This document shows positions 8,573 to 19,094 of a stretch of DNA of 64,000 bases, piece after piece. A model generated the notes under the pieces. It was not told the origin of the DNA and ran no database searches. It was given only the letters and a program-made list of their open reading frames with translations. Made by a program: the position numbers and the translations under genes. The stretch comes from an uncultured bacterium. GTDB taxonomy: Bacteria; Verrucomicrobiota; Kiritimatiellia; RFP12; UBA1067. The stretch spans positions 14,462-78,461 of the forward strand of contig CACWIW010000006.1 in NCBI GenBank assembly GCA_902761035.1, read 5' to 3'. Position 1 is the first letter of the stretch; each line of letters begins with the position of its first letter.

Positions 8573-9562
8573 TCATTCTCCCTCGTATCCATTCGGGAAT
8601 CTCTGATGGGCAGCCCACGCATCGCGCACAATGGATTCGACATCGCTATGTGTCGGATTCCACCCCATCACCTCGCGCGCCTTCTTGCCACTCGCATACA
8701 ATGCAGGGGGATCCCCCGGACGGCGTGGACACATCTTCACGGGAATTGGATGCCCCGTCACTTTGCGGCAGGCATCCACAATCTCCTTAACGGATATCCC
8801 CTTCCCCGTTCCAAGATTGAACGCCCCCACCGCATCTTTCTCCAATGCGAGGATATGCGCACTCGACAAATCCTCAAGATGCACATAGTCACGAATACAT
8901 GTGCCGTCTGGAGTGGGATAATCATCTCCAAAAACTTGGACAAACTCCCTTTGCCCCAAAGCGACCTTCAGCACATTCGGGATGATGTGCGTCTCCGGCT
9001 CGTGATCCTCCACCATGCCTAGCGCCGCGCCCGCCGCATTGAAATACCGGAGGAACGTCGGCTCGAACCCCTTCGTCTCCTGAAGCCAAACGCACATCTG
9101 CTCAAACATCAATTTGGAATGTCCGTATGGATTAGTCGGCTTCTGCGGCATGTCCTCCTCAATCGGCAACGCCGGCGGCACCCCATACGTGGCGCAGCTT
9201 GACGAGAATATGATCCGCCTGCATCCAACCTCCTCCATCGCCGCAAGCAGATTCACCCCTCCCTTGACATTGTTCTCAAAGTACATCGTCGGATTCGCCA
9301 TGCTCTCACCGACAAGCGCGTATGCGGCGAAATGCAACACAGCTTCGGGGCGAACTTTATGCATAGCCGCACGAATCTCACCTTCATTCCGCAAGTCACC
9401 GACGATCAATTCCGCCTTCGGATCGACATTGCATCGATGTCCACGTTCCAGATTATCGAACACGGCCACATCATACCCATGTTCGATTAGCCGCTTTACG
9501 ACCACCGATCCAATATAGCCGCTCCCGCCAGTCACCAAGACTTTTCCATTACTGTTTTGCAT
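8573..9562 (-). CDS. galE: UDP-glucose 4-epimerase
   Basis: 329 aa with VLVTGGSGYIGS, YxxxK (PYGHSK) and full-length similarity to GalE. Confidence 0.85.
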   Translation of the reverse strand: MQNSNGKVLVTGGSGYIGSVVVKRLIEHGYDVAVFDNLERGHRCNVDPKAELIVGDLRNEGEIRAAMHKVRPEAVLHFAAYALVGESMANPTMYFENNVKGGVNLLAAMEEVGCRRIIFSSSCATYGVPPALPIEEDMPQKPTNPYGHSKLMFEQMCVWLQETKGFEPTFLRYFNAAGAALGMVEDHEPETHIIPNVLKVALGQREFVQVFGDDYPTPDGTCIRDYVHLEDLSSAHILALEKDAVGAFNLGTGKGISVKEIVDACRKVTGHPIPVKMCPRRPGDPPALYASGKKAREVMGWNPTHSDVESIVRDAWAAHQRFPNGYEGE

Positions 9563-9571
9563 AAAATTCCT

Positions 9572-10648
9572 CTATTTCCTCACTCTCTCGTATGCCCGTT
9601 CCATCAGCTTGACGACAGCAGACCACGTATACTTCTTTTCCACAAGCCTGCGTCCACGCTGGCCCATCTCATGACGTTCCTTGTCTTCAAGCAAAAGCGC
9701 CAAACGTAATGTTTTGACCAACGGCTCCACACCAATGTCAATCCACCAACCACAATGCGCCGTCTCAATTTCTGCCCACGGCGCACCCTTTGTAGTGATT
9801 ACGGGTAGACTATGAGCCAACGCCTCAATCACAACGCTTCCAAAGTTTTCCGAATGCGTCGGAAGAACGAATAAATCTGCGGACGCGTATTCGCGTTGAA
9901 GTTCATCTGCAAACTTCGGGCCCACAAACTCAAAGTCTTGCCTAACGCCTCGTTCGTTACAAAGCGACTTCAATTCCGCCGTGTGATTTTCCTGATCCGG
10001 GCCAACGATTCGCACCTTCCATCCTTGTTTGATCTCTTGGGGCAGAGCCGCCCACGCATTTACCAGATTGACCACCCCTTTTTTCTTCTGCACCCGGCTC
10101 ACAAACAACAGCACTTTTTCTCCTTCTACACGTTCTACATGTTCTACACGGCCATTGATCTTGACGCCCAATGGCGCAAGACATACCGGATTCTTAAGCC
10201 CCATTCGCCGAAAATCTTCAACCTCGCTTTGCGCAGTTGCATGCAAACACTTGGCGTATGACAAATCGCGCTTCTGGAACAACCACCAGATCGGCCATTT
10301 CTTCCACCAATGGTATTTCATTGCCCAAGGCGTGAGCGTTCCATGCGGGCTCCACACAATCGGCACATTGCTCCGTCTTGCCCAATTGCACAACTTGTGC
10401 ATAATCGGCAACCATATCACGTGGAAATGCGCAACATCTGGGACATAATCATTACATGAGGACAAAATGGATTCAATGGAGACAACGTGAACACGTCTGT
10501 CAACCTGATAACGGCCAGGTTCTGATGGATCTAAAATAGCAAGCGTCACATCGTGTCCACTCGCCGCAAGACCACTACATACCTCACCACAGAAGACCGT
10601 TGTACCGGCCGCCTTGCCGAAACCTGTTATGACATGCAGGATTTTCAT
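9572..10648 (-). CDS. Glycosyltransferase family 4; carries an in-frame RVEHVERVE insertion
   Basis: GT4 fold (MKILHVITGFGKAAG...; EX7E region). The 27-nt ccgtgtagaacatgtagaacgtgtagaa segment is identical to one in the DegT gene at 39505. Confidence 0.7.
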   Translation of the reverse strand: MKILHVITGFGKAAGTTVFCGEVCSGLAASGHDVTLAILDPSEPGRYQVDRRVHVVSIESILSSCNDYVPDVAHFHVIWLPIMHKLCNWARRSNVPIVWSPHGTLTPWAMKYHWWKKWPIWWLFQKRDLSYAKCLHATAQSEVEDFRRMGLKNPVCLAPLGVKINGRVEHVERVEGEKVLLFVSRVQKKKGVVNLVNAWAALPQEIKQGWKVRIVGPDQENHTAELKSLCNERGVRQDFEFVGPKFADELQREYASADLFVLPTHSENFGSVVIEALAHSLPVITTKGAPWAEIETAHCGWWIDIGVEPLVKTLRLALLLEDKERHEMGQRGRRLVEKKYTWSAVVKLMERAYERVRK

Positions 10649-10649
10649 T

Positions 10650-11732
10650 TCACAAAGTCCCATCTAAAAGACGCATCCCCTTCCGCAACACCCGAATACG
10701 ACAAGCAACGGCATAAATACCCCACATCAGCGGAACTCCCAGGAAAAACAGGGCAATCAGCAATGTCAACTTCCCTAAATCCAATTTTACATAAGAAGCC
10801 ATCACATGCAGTAAACATGAGCAAAAAAGGAAATGCCCTCCATATACGAAAAAACTTGAACGTTGTAAAAAGGCACAGAATTTTGTCTTGGTGAACCATT
10901 CTGGAATCATTTTAGCAACAAAGAACAAAAACGGCATTGCCATAACATTTGCGACATCCTTCCAAATGCTATACGTCCACCAGTCGCAAATAAATAAATA
11001 TCCTAACAATGACATCCCCATAAAACCCACTACTCCCCAAACTGGATGCTTGAATATGACAAACGGTGATACGCCTCTCCCCGCCATCGTCATTCCCAAA
11101 ACAAAAGCTACAATCGAATATGTTGGACAGACAAATTGCATTTTATCACCATATCCAAGCATCACAGAAAAATAAAGCGACACAATCGCTACTATAGCCA
11201 CAACCGCTATTCCAATTTTTTTTATTCCATACCCGAATACGACTGATACAAGACAATAAAAGAAGACCGCTCGTAAATACCAAAGCGGCATATCTATCGG
11301 TGCATCGAACAACGATACAGTTTTTGATAAGATTCCCCAAATGGAATCAAGACCAAATTGCTCAACCCTCTGTGACAAACGAGGAAACAAACCGGCAAGT
11401 AGAATGTAAAAAGCTACGAAAACGAGATTCCATGCGACAAAAGGCACGACAAGCCTACGTACTCTTCTTTTAATCTTTGAAACATACTCGCCCATGTTAC
11501 ATGACATAAGGTACCCACTTACGAGAAATAGAGCCGGCATAGCAACCCCGCCCACACCGTTGCACACGAACTGCCAGAAATGGAACTCCATGTTGTCGCG
11601 GACGCAATATTGAAAAGCTGCCCACGCATGAATAAGCACAACCAAATAATTGGCCATAAGCCGAACAGCGTCTAGACGGAAGTCGCGAACCATAGCAATA
11701 ATACCATTTGCTCCTAAAATAAGAATTGCCAT
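10650..11732 (-). CDS. Acyltransferase family 3 (sugar O-acetyltransferase, membrane)
   Basis: 360 aa polytopic protein with the N-terminal RLDAVRL...H motif of the acyltransferase_3 family. Confidence 0.65.
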   Translation of the reverse strand: MAILILGANGIIAMVRDFRLDAVRLMANYLVVLIHAWAAFQYCVRDNMEFHFWQFVCNGVGGVAMPALFLVSGYLMSCNMGEYVSKIKRRVRRLVVPFVAWNLVFVAFYILLAGLFPRLSQRVEQFGLDSIWGILSKTVSLFDAPIDMPLWYLRAVFFYCLVSVVFGYGIKKIGIAVVAIVAIVSLYFSVMLGYGDKMQFVCPTYSIVAFVLGMTMAGRGVSPFVIFKHPVWGVVGFMGMSLLGYLFICDWWTYSIWKDVANVMAMPFLFFVAKMIPEWFTKTKFCAFLQRSSFFVYGGHFLFCSCLLHVMASYVKLDLGKLTLLIALFFLGVPLMWGIYAVACRIRVLRKGMRLLDGTL

Positions 11733-12826
11733 TTACAATGCTGTTTAAGCACATCCAACACACGGCGGCGAAGGACATCCATTAGTACGCAAATCGAAAA
11801 GATCGTGACCGCGCAAGGAAGGAACGCGAGGACAACAGGTAAATTCGGGAATGTTCCTAGAAGCATCTGCGGAACAGGTTTGAAGAAAGTAGTCGTAAAG
11901 TTCCAATGCAGCATATAGACAGAGATCATCGACGGCGCGATAAACGAGCACAACCTCACCAACCGCGACTTTTCCGAGAACTTGGCGACACTGAAGCAAG
12001 CGACAAGGAATAGACCTGTCAAGACAATCGGTGGATCCGCATAGTCTCCACACGGCAATCCCAGTTTTATCCATGCAGCAACGCCATACTTACGGCAGAG
12101 CGCATCAAACACGATAAATGAAATCAATGCACCTAACACGCAGAACGCGCTTCGGCGAAACACGCGATTCTCCAGCATGGCACGCTTTACGCCTAAGATC
12201 ATCGCAAGCCGGACCACGATGTAAATGAAAATCACCGTCCGCGGCGAGTGGCCCGGCCAAGGAATCCACAAGGTGGAGAGGTACGACAAACCGACAACGA
12301 GTAACAACACGAGGACCGTCCAGATTTTTTTAATCCGCGCAAGAAAATCAAACGCTGGATTGAGAACGATTGTCAACAGCATCAATTTTATGTATGCGCC
12401 AAGATACCAATAGCGGAAACACTCGTATGAAAACGGCATGGCTGGGATTTCCAGCCCGAACTTAGTTGCAAACAGCGTCCCGCACATAACCCGCCCTAAT
12501 TGGTACATGAGCCAATGAACACACCCACAAAAGAAAATAAGGCAAGCAAGCCGATACAACTTGCGCAACGTACAGCGGACACCGAACCAACCGGAGATCG
12601 ACGTGAATCCATCCACCGAAGGATGGGTCAGGCAATCCCAGACAATATACGAGGAATAGGCAATCACGCCGCCATACTTGCACATCGCGAACGTGTGCTG
12701 CAACACGACGCCAAACATCAACAGACAGCGCAACACGTCCAACGCGACGTTGCGCTGCCCTCGCTTTACACAATCAGAATCTTGTGCTTCTCCTGGCGGC
12801 ATAACACTAACAAATCTTCTTTTCAC
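11714..12826 (-). CDS. Acyltransferase family 3 (second paralog)
   Basis: 370 aa. It has ALDVLRCLLMFGVVLQH and multiple TM helices. Confidence 0.6.
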   Translation of the reverse strand: MKRRFVSVMPPGEAQDSDCVKRGQRNVALDVLRCLLMFGVVLQHTFAMCKYGGVIAYSSYIVWDCLTHPSVDGFTSISGWFGVRCTLRKLYRLACLIFFCGCVHWLMYQLGRVMCGTLFATKFGLEIPAMPFSYECFRYWYLGAYIKLMLLTIVLNPAFDFLARIKKIWTVLVLLLVVGLSYLSTLWIPWPGHSPRTVIFIYIVVRLAMILGVKRAMLENRVFRRSAFCVLGALISFIVFDALCRKYGVAAWIKLGLPCGDYADPPIVLTGLFLVACFSVAKFSEKSRLVRLCSFIAPSMISVYMLHWNFTTTFFKPVPQMLLGTFPNLPVVLAFLPCAVTIFSICVLMDVLRRRVLDVLKQHCKWQFLF

Positions 12827-12834
12827 TCACGTCA

Positions 12835-13842
12835 TCAGAGACTCGGTGTATGTCCCAGCTTCTTCTTAATGCGAACAATCATCTTGTCACAGAACCTCGT
12901 ACCGAAAAACAGAAGCGCAAAGACATAGACATAGAAATAGATTGATGTGCCCATGCCGCCCTTGATGTATTCCCAGGCGACGCCTAACATGGCCAAGCGA
13001 CTCTTCCGCATCATCCAGGCCAGCACAGGATACGAATACTTGGACATGTCCTTCTTCACGTACTTAACGGAATGAAGTCCATACTTTTCATCAATGTACT
13101 GTGCAATCTTGATGAAACTGTTCATGAAGTTCATCTGGCCACGAACGGAAATCTTCTTGGGTTCATACAAACCCTTTTCCTTTTCGCTCGAGCCAAAATA
13201 GAACTCCGTCTCACCGGGAAGCTTTTCTGTAATCGTTTCGTCAAAGTAAGCGCTAGGATGCTTCAAACAGATTTCAGCAAGGATATAAAGCTGATAGAGC
13301 AATGAGCCGTCAAAGCGGTCTGTCATCGTATCAATCGCCAATTCGCGCTTGAATGTAAAACCAGCGACAATCACGCTCTTGCGATAGAGCATCTGGTATG
13401 TTTCTACACCTGGCTCAAAAAAACGCGTACCGGGGAAGTAGCGCATGTCGTCGCCACGTTCAGGATAGCGGGTACGCCGCAGAACATAGCCGAGTTCGGG
13501 ATGCTCTTTCAGGAATACGATCAGCTTGTCAAGCGCACCCTTCACAAATGCACCGTCGTCGTCGCAGAACACGATGTACTCGCCATCAGCAGTCGTGAGA
13601 AAGTCACGAAGGTTCCAATCATAGCCCTTGTTGACTTCGTTCTCGACGTACTTCACTTCGTACTTCGTTTCCGCCTTGAATTCGTCAACGGCGGCACGGA
13701 CTTCAAGCCGCTTCGGCGCATGGTCCTCGCAGACCACGATCTGCGTGACCGCCGGATCGCAATCGACCGTCCGCAACAACCGTAGAAGTTCTTTCGGACG
13801 GTTGTAGCTCGGAATGCAAACTGAAATGAACGGTTTCGCCAT
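12835..13842 (-). CDS. Glycosyltransferase family 2
   Basis: FISVCIPSYNRPKELLRLL ... DDDG motifs. Confidence 0.7.
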   Translation of the reverse strand: MAKPFISVCIPSYNRPKELLRLLRTVDCDPAVTQIVVCEDHAPKRLEVRAAVDEFKAETKYEVKYVENEVNKGYDWNLRDFLTTADGEYIVFCDDDGAFVKGALDKLIVFLKEHPELGYVLRRTRYPERGDDMRYFPGTRFFEPGVETYQMLYRKSVIVAGFTFKRELAIDTMTDRFDGSLLYQLYILAEICLKHPSAYFDETITEKLPGETEFYFGSSEKEKGLYEPKKISVRGQMNFMNSFIKIAQYIDEKYGLHSVKYVKKDMSKYSYPVLAWMMRKSRLAMLGVAWEYIKGGMGTSIYFYVYVFALLFFGTRFCDKMIVRIKKKLGHTPSL

Positions 13843-13846
13843 TACC

Positions 13847-14983
13847 TTATTTCCTCTTCAATCTTCTGTAAACATCCGCCAGCTGTGTCGCGCAGAGTTT
13901 CTTCATGTCAAAGTATTCATGAACGATGCGGTCACCTTCACGCACCATGGCGGCGTAGAGCGCATCGTCCGACAAGATGCGAATCACCGCATCCGCCGCC
14001 TTTGCACAATCACGTTCCTTGTTCATCAACGCCGCTTCGCAACCTTGCGCAAGGGCAAGGACTTCACTTGTTCCGCCCTCCGGCAGAAACCCGGCCACAG
14101 GCACATGCATTGCAAACGCCTCAAGCATGGTGGTTGGCAATTGCTCATGCTTTGACGTCATCACGAACACATCCATCTGCGAAATCAGTTCACGCGCATC
14201 CTGACGCGAACCAAACCATTTGACGTGCCGTGCATCTTCGCCGACATTCTCCTGCGCCCATTCCTCGCTTGCGCCAACGCCCCAGATCTCCAGTTCCGGC
14301 ATTCGTTCCTTCAAGAGATCCGCAACCTTAGCAAAACTCGGCCAGTCCTTCTGATCGGCCATGCGGCCAACCATACCCACCACTCTTTTCCGTGTCGACG
14401 AATTCTGTTGCGAAGCATCCTCGGTAGGGCGGTCGCCCCGCGACCGCCGTGCCGCCGGCAATGCGTCAAGGTTCAACGCATTGAAGAACACCTCCCCCTT
14501 CGCATCGGGATGAACGATTTTGAATTCATCCCAAGTTGCCTGCGAAACCGGGAGATAGTAATCTGGCTTGCGCTCAAGAATCCATGACAGAATCGACTTC
14601 ACCTTCCAAGCGACGCTCTTCCGTCGCGCCGCCCATTCCGCGCCGGAAACGGAGGGACCATGAACCGACTGCACGAGCGCGATTCGCGGGAAGAACCGCA
14701 TCACAATGTAGGGAATCAGCGCACCCGAATGGGCATGCACCACATCGGGCTTGAACTCACGCAAAAGCCGTATGAAACGTGGAAAAACGCGCACGTCATG
14801 CCCGTTGCATCCCCCAAGCACTCGCACATTCAAGCCCGCAGCCTGCATCGCCTCCGTCGCCTCACCGGCAGACACTGCGCAGATGCAATACTCAATTTCC
14901 TTGGGCAAAGACCTCACGAGCGTCATTACATGACGTTCACGGCCGCCCATTATCCCCGCATTTATCAGATACAAAACTTTCAT
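13847..14983 (-). CDS. Glycosyltransferase family 4
   Basis: 378 aa. MKVLYLINAGIMGGRERHV and a C-terminal GT4 region (FVMTSKHEQLPTTMLEAFAMHVPV). Confidence 0.7.
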   Translation of the reverse strand: MKVLYLINAGIMGGRERHVMTLVRSLPKEIEYCICAVSAGEATEAMQAAGLNVRVLGGCNGHDVRVFPRFIRLLREFKPDVVHAHSGALIPYIVMRFFPRIALVQSVHGPSVSGAEWAARRKSVAWKVKSILSWILERKPDYYLPVSQATWDEFKIVHPDAKGEVFFNALNLDALPAARRSRGDRPTEDASQQNSSTRKRVVGMVGRMADQKDWPSFAKVADLLKERMPELEIWGVGASEEWAQENVGEDARHVKWFGSRQDARELISQMDVFVMTSKHEQLPTTMLEAFAMHVPVAGFLPEGGTSEVLALAQGCEAALMNKERDCAKAADAVIRILSDDALYAAMVREGDRIVHEYFDMKKLCATQLADVYRRLKRK

Positions 14984-15816
14984 CAGGATCTCTCAACAAC
15001 CGATTTTATAAGAGGAACTATAATTCTGGCATGAGTCTGTCGCTTCTCCTTCGGTGGCAGTTTCATATAGTCACCATAAACAGTACATAAATATTTGTCT
15101 GAGTCTTCTGGTACTGGGAATTCAAAACCCTCAAACATCTGCATTCTGACTGGGAAAGGATACTCTGGTAATATTTTCAAGCTCCCCCACATGCTCAAGG
15201 GAACACCAGTCCATTTCCCTGTTCTGGAACTGTTGAAGAAATCAATCGGATAACACATGCAATACTTCACTATTTCCCAAAACCATTTTTGAAATACACT
15301 CATTAATGTAACTCGCCCAATAGAACAAGTTTTCAAGATGGCCTGCCGAACAATTCGCTTCGTAAATTCATACAATGATGCACTTCTATACCTTCGTAAT
15401 GGGAAAATATCAATGAAAATACCACTCGGCATGTTACCAGGATGTAGGACCGTCTCATCTTGATAATATGATATCAAATCTATTAATTTCCCGAAACCAC
15501 ACTGTGTAGCCTTTCCAAAATACAAACCCATTTCGGGAGGTAAAACATCTTGCGCAATACTCACAAATTTTTTATAGTCAGATAACGGCATGTGGACATC
15601 AATATCATCATCCCAAGGGATGAATCCCTTATGCCGAATCGCGCCCAACAAAGTCCCATAAGCCAGACAATAAGAGAGATTATACGTCTTGCATATTCTG
15701 TCGAATATCCTAAGCATACGTAGTTCAACCTTCTTAGCACACTCAAGCGGAGTCTTACCCGTCAAACGATCATCAACGATGTCTGAAAAATCAATGCTCA
15801 TTACAGACCTCTTCAA
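14983..15816 (-). CDS. LicD-family phosphotransferase (paralog 1 of 4)
   Basis: [25 protein letters not shown] (LicD DxD nucleotidyltransferase-fold motif). Confidence 0.75.
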   Translation of the reverse strand: MKRSVMSIDFSDIVDDRLTGKTPLECAKKVELRMLRIFDRICKTYNLSYCLAYGTLLGAIRHKGFIPWDDDIDVHMPLSDYKKFVSIAQDVLPPEMGLYFGKATQCGFGKLIDLISYYQDETVLHPGNMPSGIFIDIFPLRRYRSASLYEFTKRIVRQAILKTCSIGRVTLMSVFQKWFWEIVKYCMCYPIDFFNSSRTGKWTGVPLSMWGSLKILPEYPFPVRMQMFEGFEFPVPEDSDKYLCTVYGDYMKLPPKEKRQTHARIIVPLIKSVVERS

Positions 15817-15866
15817 GATACTTGTCCATATTCACAATCCTTTTCATGCACAGGTTCTGCAACATA

Positions 15867-16880
15867 TTACCTATGAACTCCCTTTCGCTTTAGCCAGTCT
15901 GGGAAATAACATACTGCAAGCGCGGTGATACGAAATGGAAGAATACGGCAAATCACAATTGTGAACCTACGCCACAGCGTCAATGGTCGATACGACTGCG
16001 CCTCCTTCAAAGAATTAAACCAATGTCTCCAGATGGCTTTGCGTTCACGGGAAGAAATGTGATCTACCAGATAGCGAGGCGAGACCTCCATCCATTTCGT
16101 CATCTGAAAACGCATCAGCGATGGTTCAATCATCTTGCCACTTGCCTTAAGCGTTTGAAGCATGTCACGAGTTGCATCAAGATAGCCAATGCACTGACTC
16201 TGTGTCATTTTGATATGCGTAATCGAACCATCACGATCTCTAAATCCAAGAACGGCATGATTTAGTGCTACGATGTAGCTCGCCCTAGCAATGCACTTTG
16301 CGAAATATGGGCGTTCCTCGCACCAGCTCTCCCCGACAAAAGGAATATCGCCAAACACCGATCTCTTGTAAAAATAGCGCTGAAAATGACTCATGAAATG
16401 CTTCGACATTGCTACCTTGCTGACATCATCAATCGAGCATGAATCCTCATTCTCATGCCAAGGGCAGGGATTCCCGTCATTGAAACGAACCATCTGTCCC
16501 CATACCATATCAGCATCTGGATACTTCTCCAGAACATGGCAAACGGCAACCAATGTTCCAGGTCCCATCAAATCATCGCTGTCGAGATAATATATCCAGT
16601 CGCCCTTCGCGACCTTCAATGCCGAGTTACGCGCCGCGCTGAGTCCACCGTTCTTCTGATGTATGACAACAATGCGCGGATCTCTGGCTGCATATTCATC
16701 CAGAATGATTCCCGTCTTATCAGGTGACCCATCATCTACACAAATCGCCTCCCAATCCTGAAAGCCCTGCGACAATACTGATTCAAGACATTCGTCTATA
16801 AATTTCTCCACCTTGTAACAGGGAATGACAATAGAGAATTTCGCCATAACCACTGAGTCCTTCATTTCCGCAAAAGACAT
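15867..16880 (-). CDS. Glycosyltransferase family 2
   Basis: KFSIVIPCYKVEKFIDECLESV ... DDGSPD. An alternative start is the Met codon at 16842-16844 (MAKFSIV). Confidence 0.7.
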   Translation of the reverse strand: MSFAEMKDSVVMAKFSIVIPCYKVEKFIDECLESVLSQGFQDWEAICVDDGSPDKTGIILDEYAARDPRIVVIHQKNGGLSAARNSALKVAKGDWIYYLDSDDLMGPGTLVAVCHVLEKYPDADMVWGQMVRFNDGNPCPWHENEDSCSIDDVSKVAMSKHFMSHFQRYFYKRSVFGDIPFVGESWCEERPYFAKCIARASYIVALNHAVLGFRDRDGSITHIKMTQSQCIGYLDATRDMLQTLKASGKMIEPSLMRFQMTKWMEVSPRYLVDHISSRERKAIWRHWFNSLKEAQSYRPLTLWRRFTIVICRILPFRITALAVCYFPDWLKRKGVHR

Positions 16881-17965
16881 GAGGCAATCTTAGCTAGACG
16901 AGAATATGCTTTCAGATAAAAGGCCACCCATCTATTCGACCATTTGTGGTCTTGCCAAAAACGAATCAGACGGAATCCTCTACGGCTGGGATATGCAACG
17001 GACCTCAATGCCCCATACATTTCCGCATCTATCGCTTTGATTGATTCATCAAATGGTCGCAACTGCCGTTTCATTTCTTCAGAGCCAAATTCTTGGTAAA
17101 ACCTTAGATAAACCCCTACAAGATATTTCAACACAAAAGCCCGTGCGACTTCCCTGTTTTCACTGCTGGCGTAATCAACCTGCTGCGCGACAAACTGCAC
17201 AATGTTCTTGCGCACTTCAATACACTGTTGAAGATTTGCGCGCCAGACAGTCTCGTTCATGCTTTGCCCCTCGCGCCCGATAGAATACAGATACAACGTA
17301 CCGGGCCAATATCGGATCTTGCGCACCATACAGAGCGGTAGAATCACCCATTCCGTATCCGTGTATAACATCCCCTCCGTCTGACGATATTTCAGCAAAC
17401 GAAGACGTTCCGTTCGATAAGTAAGCGCCGGCATCAAGTAATAAGGGGAATCCCGCCCCACAAGCCTATCCACGCCAAATTGGACATCCGTTGGATAGGA
17501 ATACTCAACTGGCTTCTCAAATGGCGAACCGTCAAAATGAATACGCTGGAAACCAGACATCACCAAGTCCGTTTCTTCATCATCTTGACGATTCTCAATT
17601 ACGCAAAGAGCTTTCAGGAAGTCATAGAAAACTGAAGTAGCCAAGGAATCGTCAGCATCCAAAATCTTGATAAATGTCCCTTGTGCTTCGGCAAGACCGC
17701 GATTCACACATGAACCATAATGCCCGTTGGGCTTGTCGATTGCACGGACGATCTGCGGGTAACGTGACTCAAAATCATGAGCGATTTCACCTGTTCTATC
17801 CTTGCTACCATCATTGACTATCAGCACCTCAAGCCTATCGCCAAGCGTACCAGCATCAGGGAGAACAACTTCCTTTAGTGAATCGATCCCTAGGCTGTCA
17901 ATGCAACGCGGAAGATATGCCTCCATGTTGTATGACGGGATTACTAGCGTCAGTGTCTTATGCAT
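16862..17965 (-). CDS. Glycosyltransferase family 2
   Basis: TLVIPSYNMEAYLPRCIDSL ... NDGSKD. Confidence 0.7.
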   Translation of the reverse strand: MHKTLTLVIPSYNMEAYLPRCIDSLGIDSLKEVVLPDAGTLGDRLEVLIVNDGSKDRTGEIAHDFESRYPQIVRAIDKPNGHYGSCVNRGLAEAQGTFIKILDADDSLATSVFYDFLKALCVIENRQDDEETDLVMSGFQRIHFDGSPFEKPVEYSYPTDVQFGVDRLVGRDSPYYLMPALTYRTERLRLLKYRQTEGMLYTDTEWVILPLCMVRKIRYWPGTLYLYSIGREGQSMNETVWRANLQQCIEVRKNIVQFVAQQVDYASSENREVARAFVLKYLVGVYLRFYQEFGSEEMKRQLRPFDESIKAIDAEMYGALRSVAYPSRRGFRLIRFWQDHKWSNRWVAFYLKAYSRLAKIASCLLRK

Positions 17966-19086
17966 TACCGGTCTCCAGTTAGTCGTGATATAATCCGTTC
18001 AGACATTTCACGTGCAGCGATGATGGTGTCCTGCATATCCGTGTAGCAATATGTTCCCAAGCGTCCACCAAAGAAAACATTTGGTACCTGCACCGCCATG
18101 TTTTTATATTGCTCGTAGCGGCCTTGATTCTTTTCATCATTTATCGGGTAGTATGGCTCAATGCCAGGTTTCCATTCAAAAGGATATTCTTTTGATACGA
18201 CCGTGAACTGCTGATTGCCAAATTCAAAGTGCTTGTGTTCAATCGTTCGCGTATAGGGGACCGTATTGTCGGTGTGGTTGACAACCGCTACGCCCTGTAG
18301 ATTGTCCGTCTCGTCGTGACGCTCATGTTCAAAACGGAGCGATCTATATTCCAACGTTCCACAGCAATAATCGAAATACTCGTCTATTGCGCCTGTGTAG
18401 AGGACACACTGAGACCTCGACGTGATCGGCTCTCTCTCCTTAAGAAAATCTACACCGAGGCGTACTTCACATCCCTTCAGCATCTTTTCAAAAATCGCCG
18501 TATATCCTCCAACGGGAATCCCCTGATATGGATCGTTGTAATAATTATTATCGTAAATAAGGCGCACCGGCAGACGTCGTAAAATCGAGGCGGGCAGTTC
18601 AGAACACGGACGCCCCCACTGCTTTTCGGTGTAGTCTTTCACAAGTATCTCGTAAACGTCCCGTCCAACAAGGCTTATCGCTTTCTCTTCAAGGTTATGC
18701 GGCTCGCCAACGATCTCCTTGCGCTGTTCTTCTATTCGGGCTTTCGCTTCCGCTGGCGTCGTCACCCCCCAGATGCGATTGAAGGTATTCATGTTGAATG
18801 GCATGTTGTATATTTTGCCATGATACAACGCAATAGGCGAATTGACATAATGATTAACTTCCGCAAATTGCCTGATATAGTCCCATACATCCTTGCGCGA
18901 AGTCCGGAATATATGTGCCCCATAGCTGTGGACATTGATTCCATCCACATTCTCCGTATAGCAGTTCCCACCGATGTGCGAACGCCGATCTACAACAAGA
19001 ACCCGTTTCCCGGCCTCGGACACTTCATGCGCGACAACAGCACCGAAGAGTCCTGCACCAACAACTGTCAAATCGTGATTGCTCAT
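17965..19086 (-). CDS. glf: UDP-galactopyranose mutase
   Basis: VVGAGLFGAVVA FAD-binding motif and 373-aa length match Glf. This implies galactofuranose in the glycan. Confidence 0.85.
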   Translation of the reverse strand: MSNHDLTVVGAGLFGAVVAHEVSEAGKRVLVVDRRSHIGGNCYTENVDGINVHSYGAHIFRTSRKDVWDYIRQFAEVNHYVNSPIALYHGKIYNMPFNMNTFNRIWGVTTPAEAKARIEEQRKEIVGEPHNLEEKAISLVGRDVYEILVKDYTEKQWGRPCSELPASILRRLPVRLIYDNNYYNDPYQGIPVGGYTAIFEKMLKGCEVRLGVDFLKEREPITSRSQCVLYTGAIDEYFDYCCGTLEYRSLRFEHERHDETDNLQGVAVVNHTDNTVPYTRTIEHKHFEFGNQQFTVVSKEYPFEWKPGIEPYYPINDEKNQGRYEQYKNMAVQVPNVFFGGRLGTYCYTDMQDTIIAAREMSERIISRLTGDR

Positions 19087-19094
19087 GTCTCTAA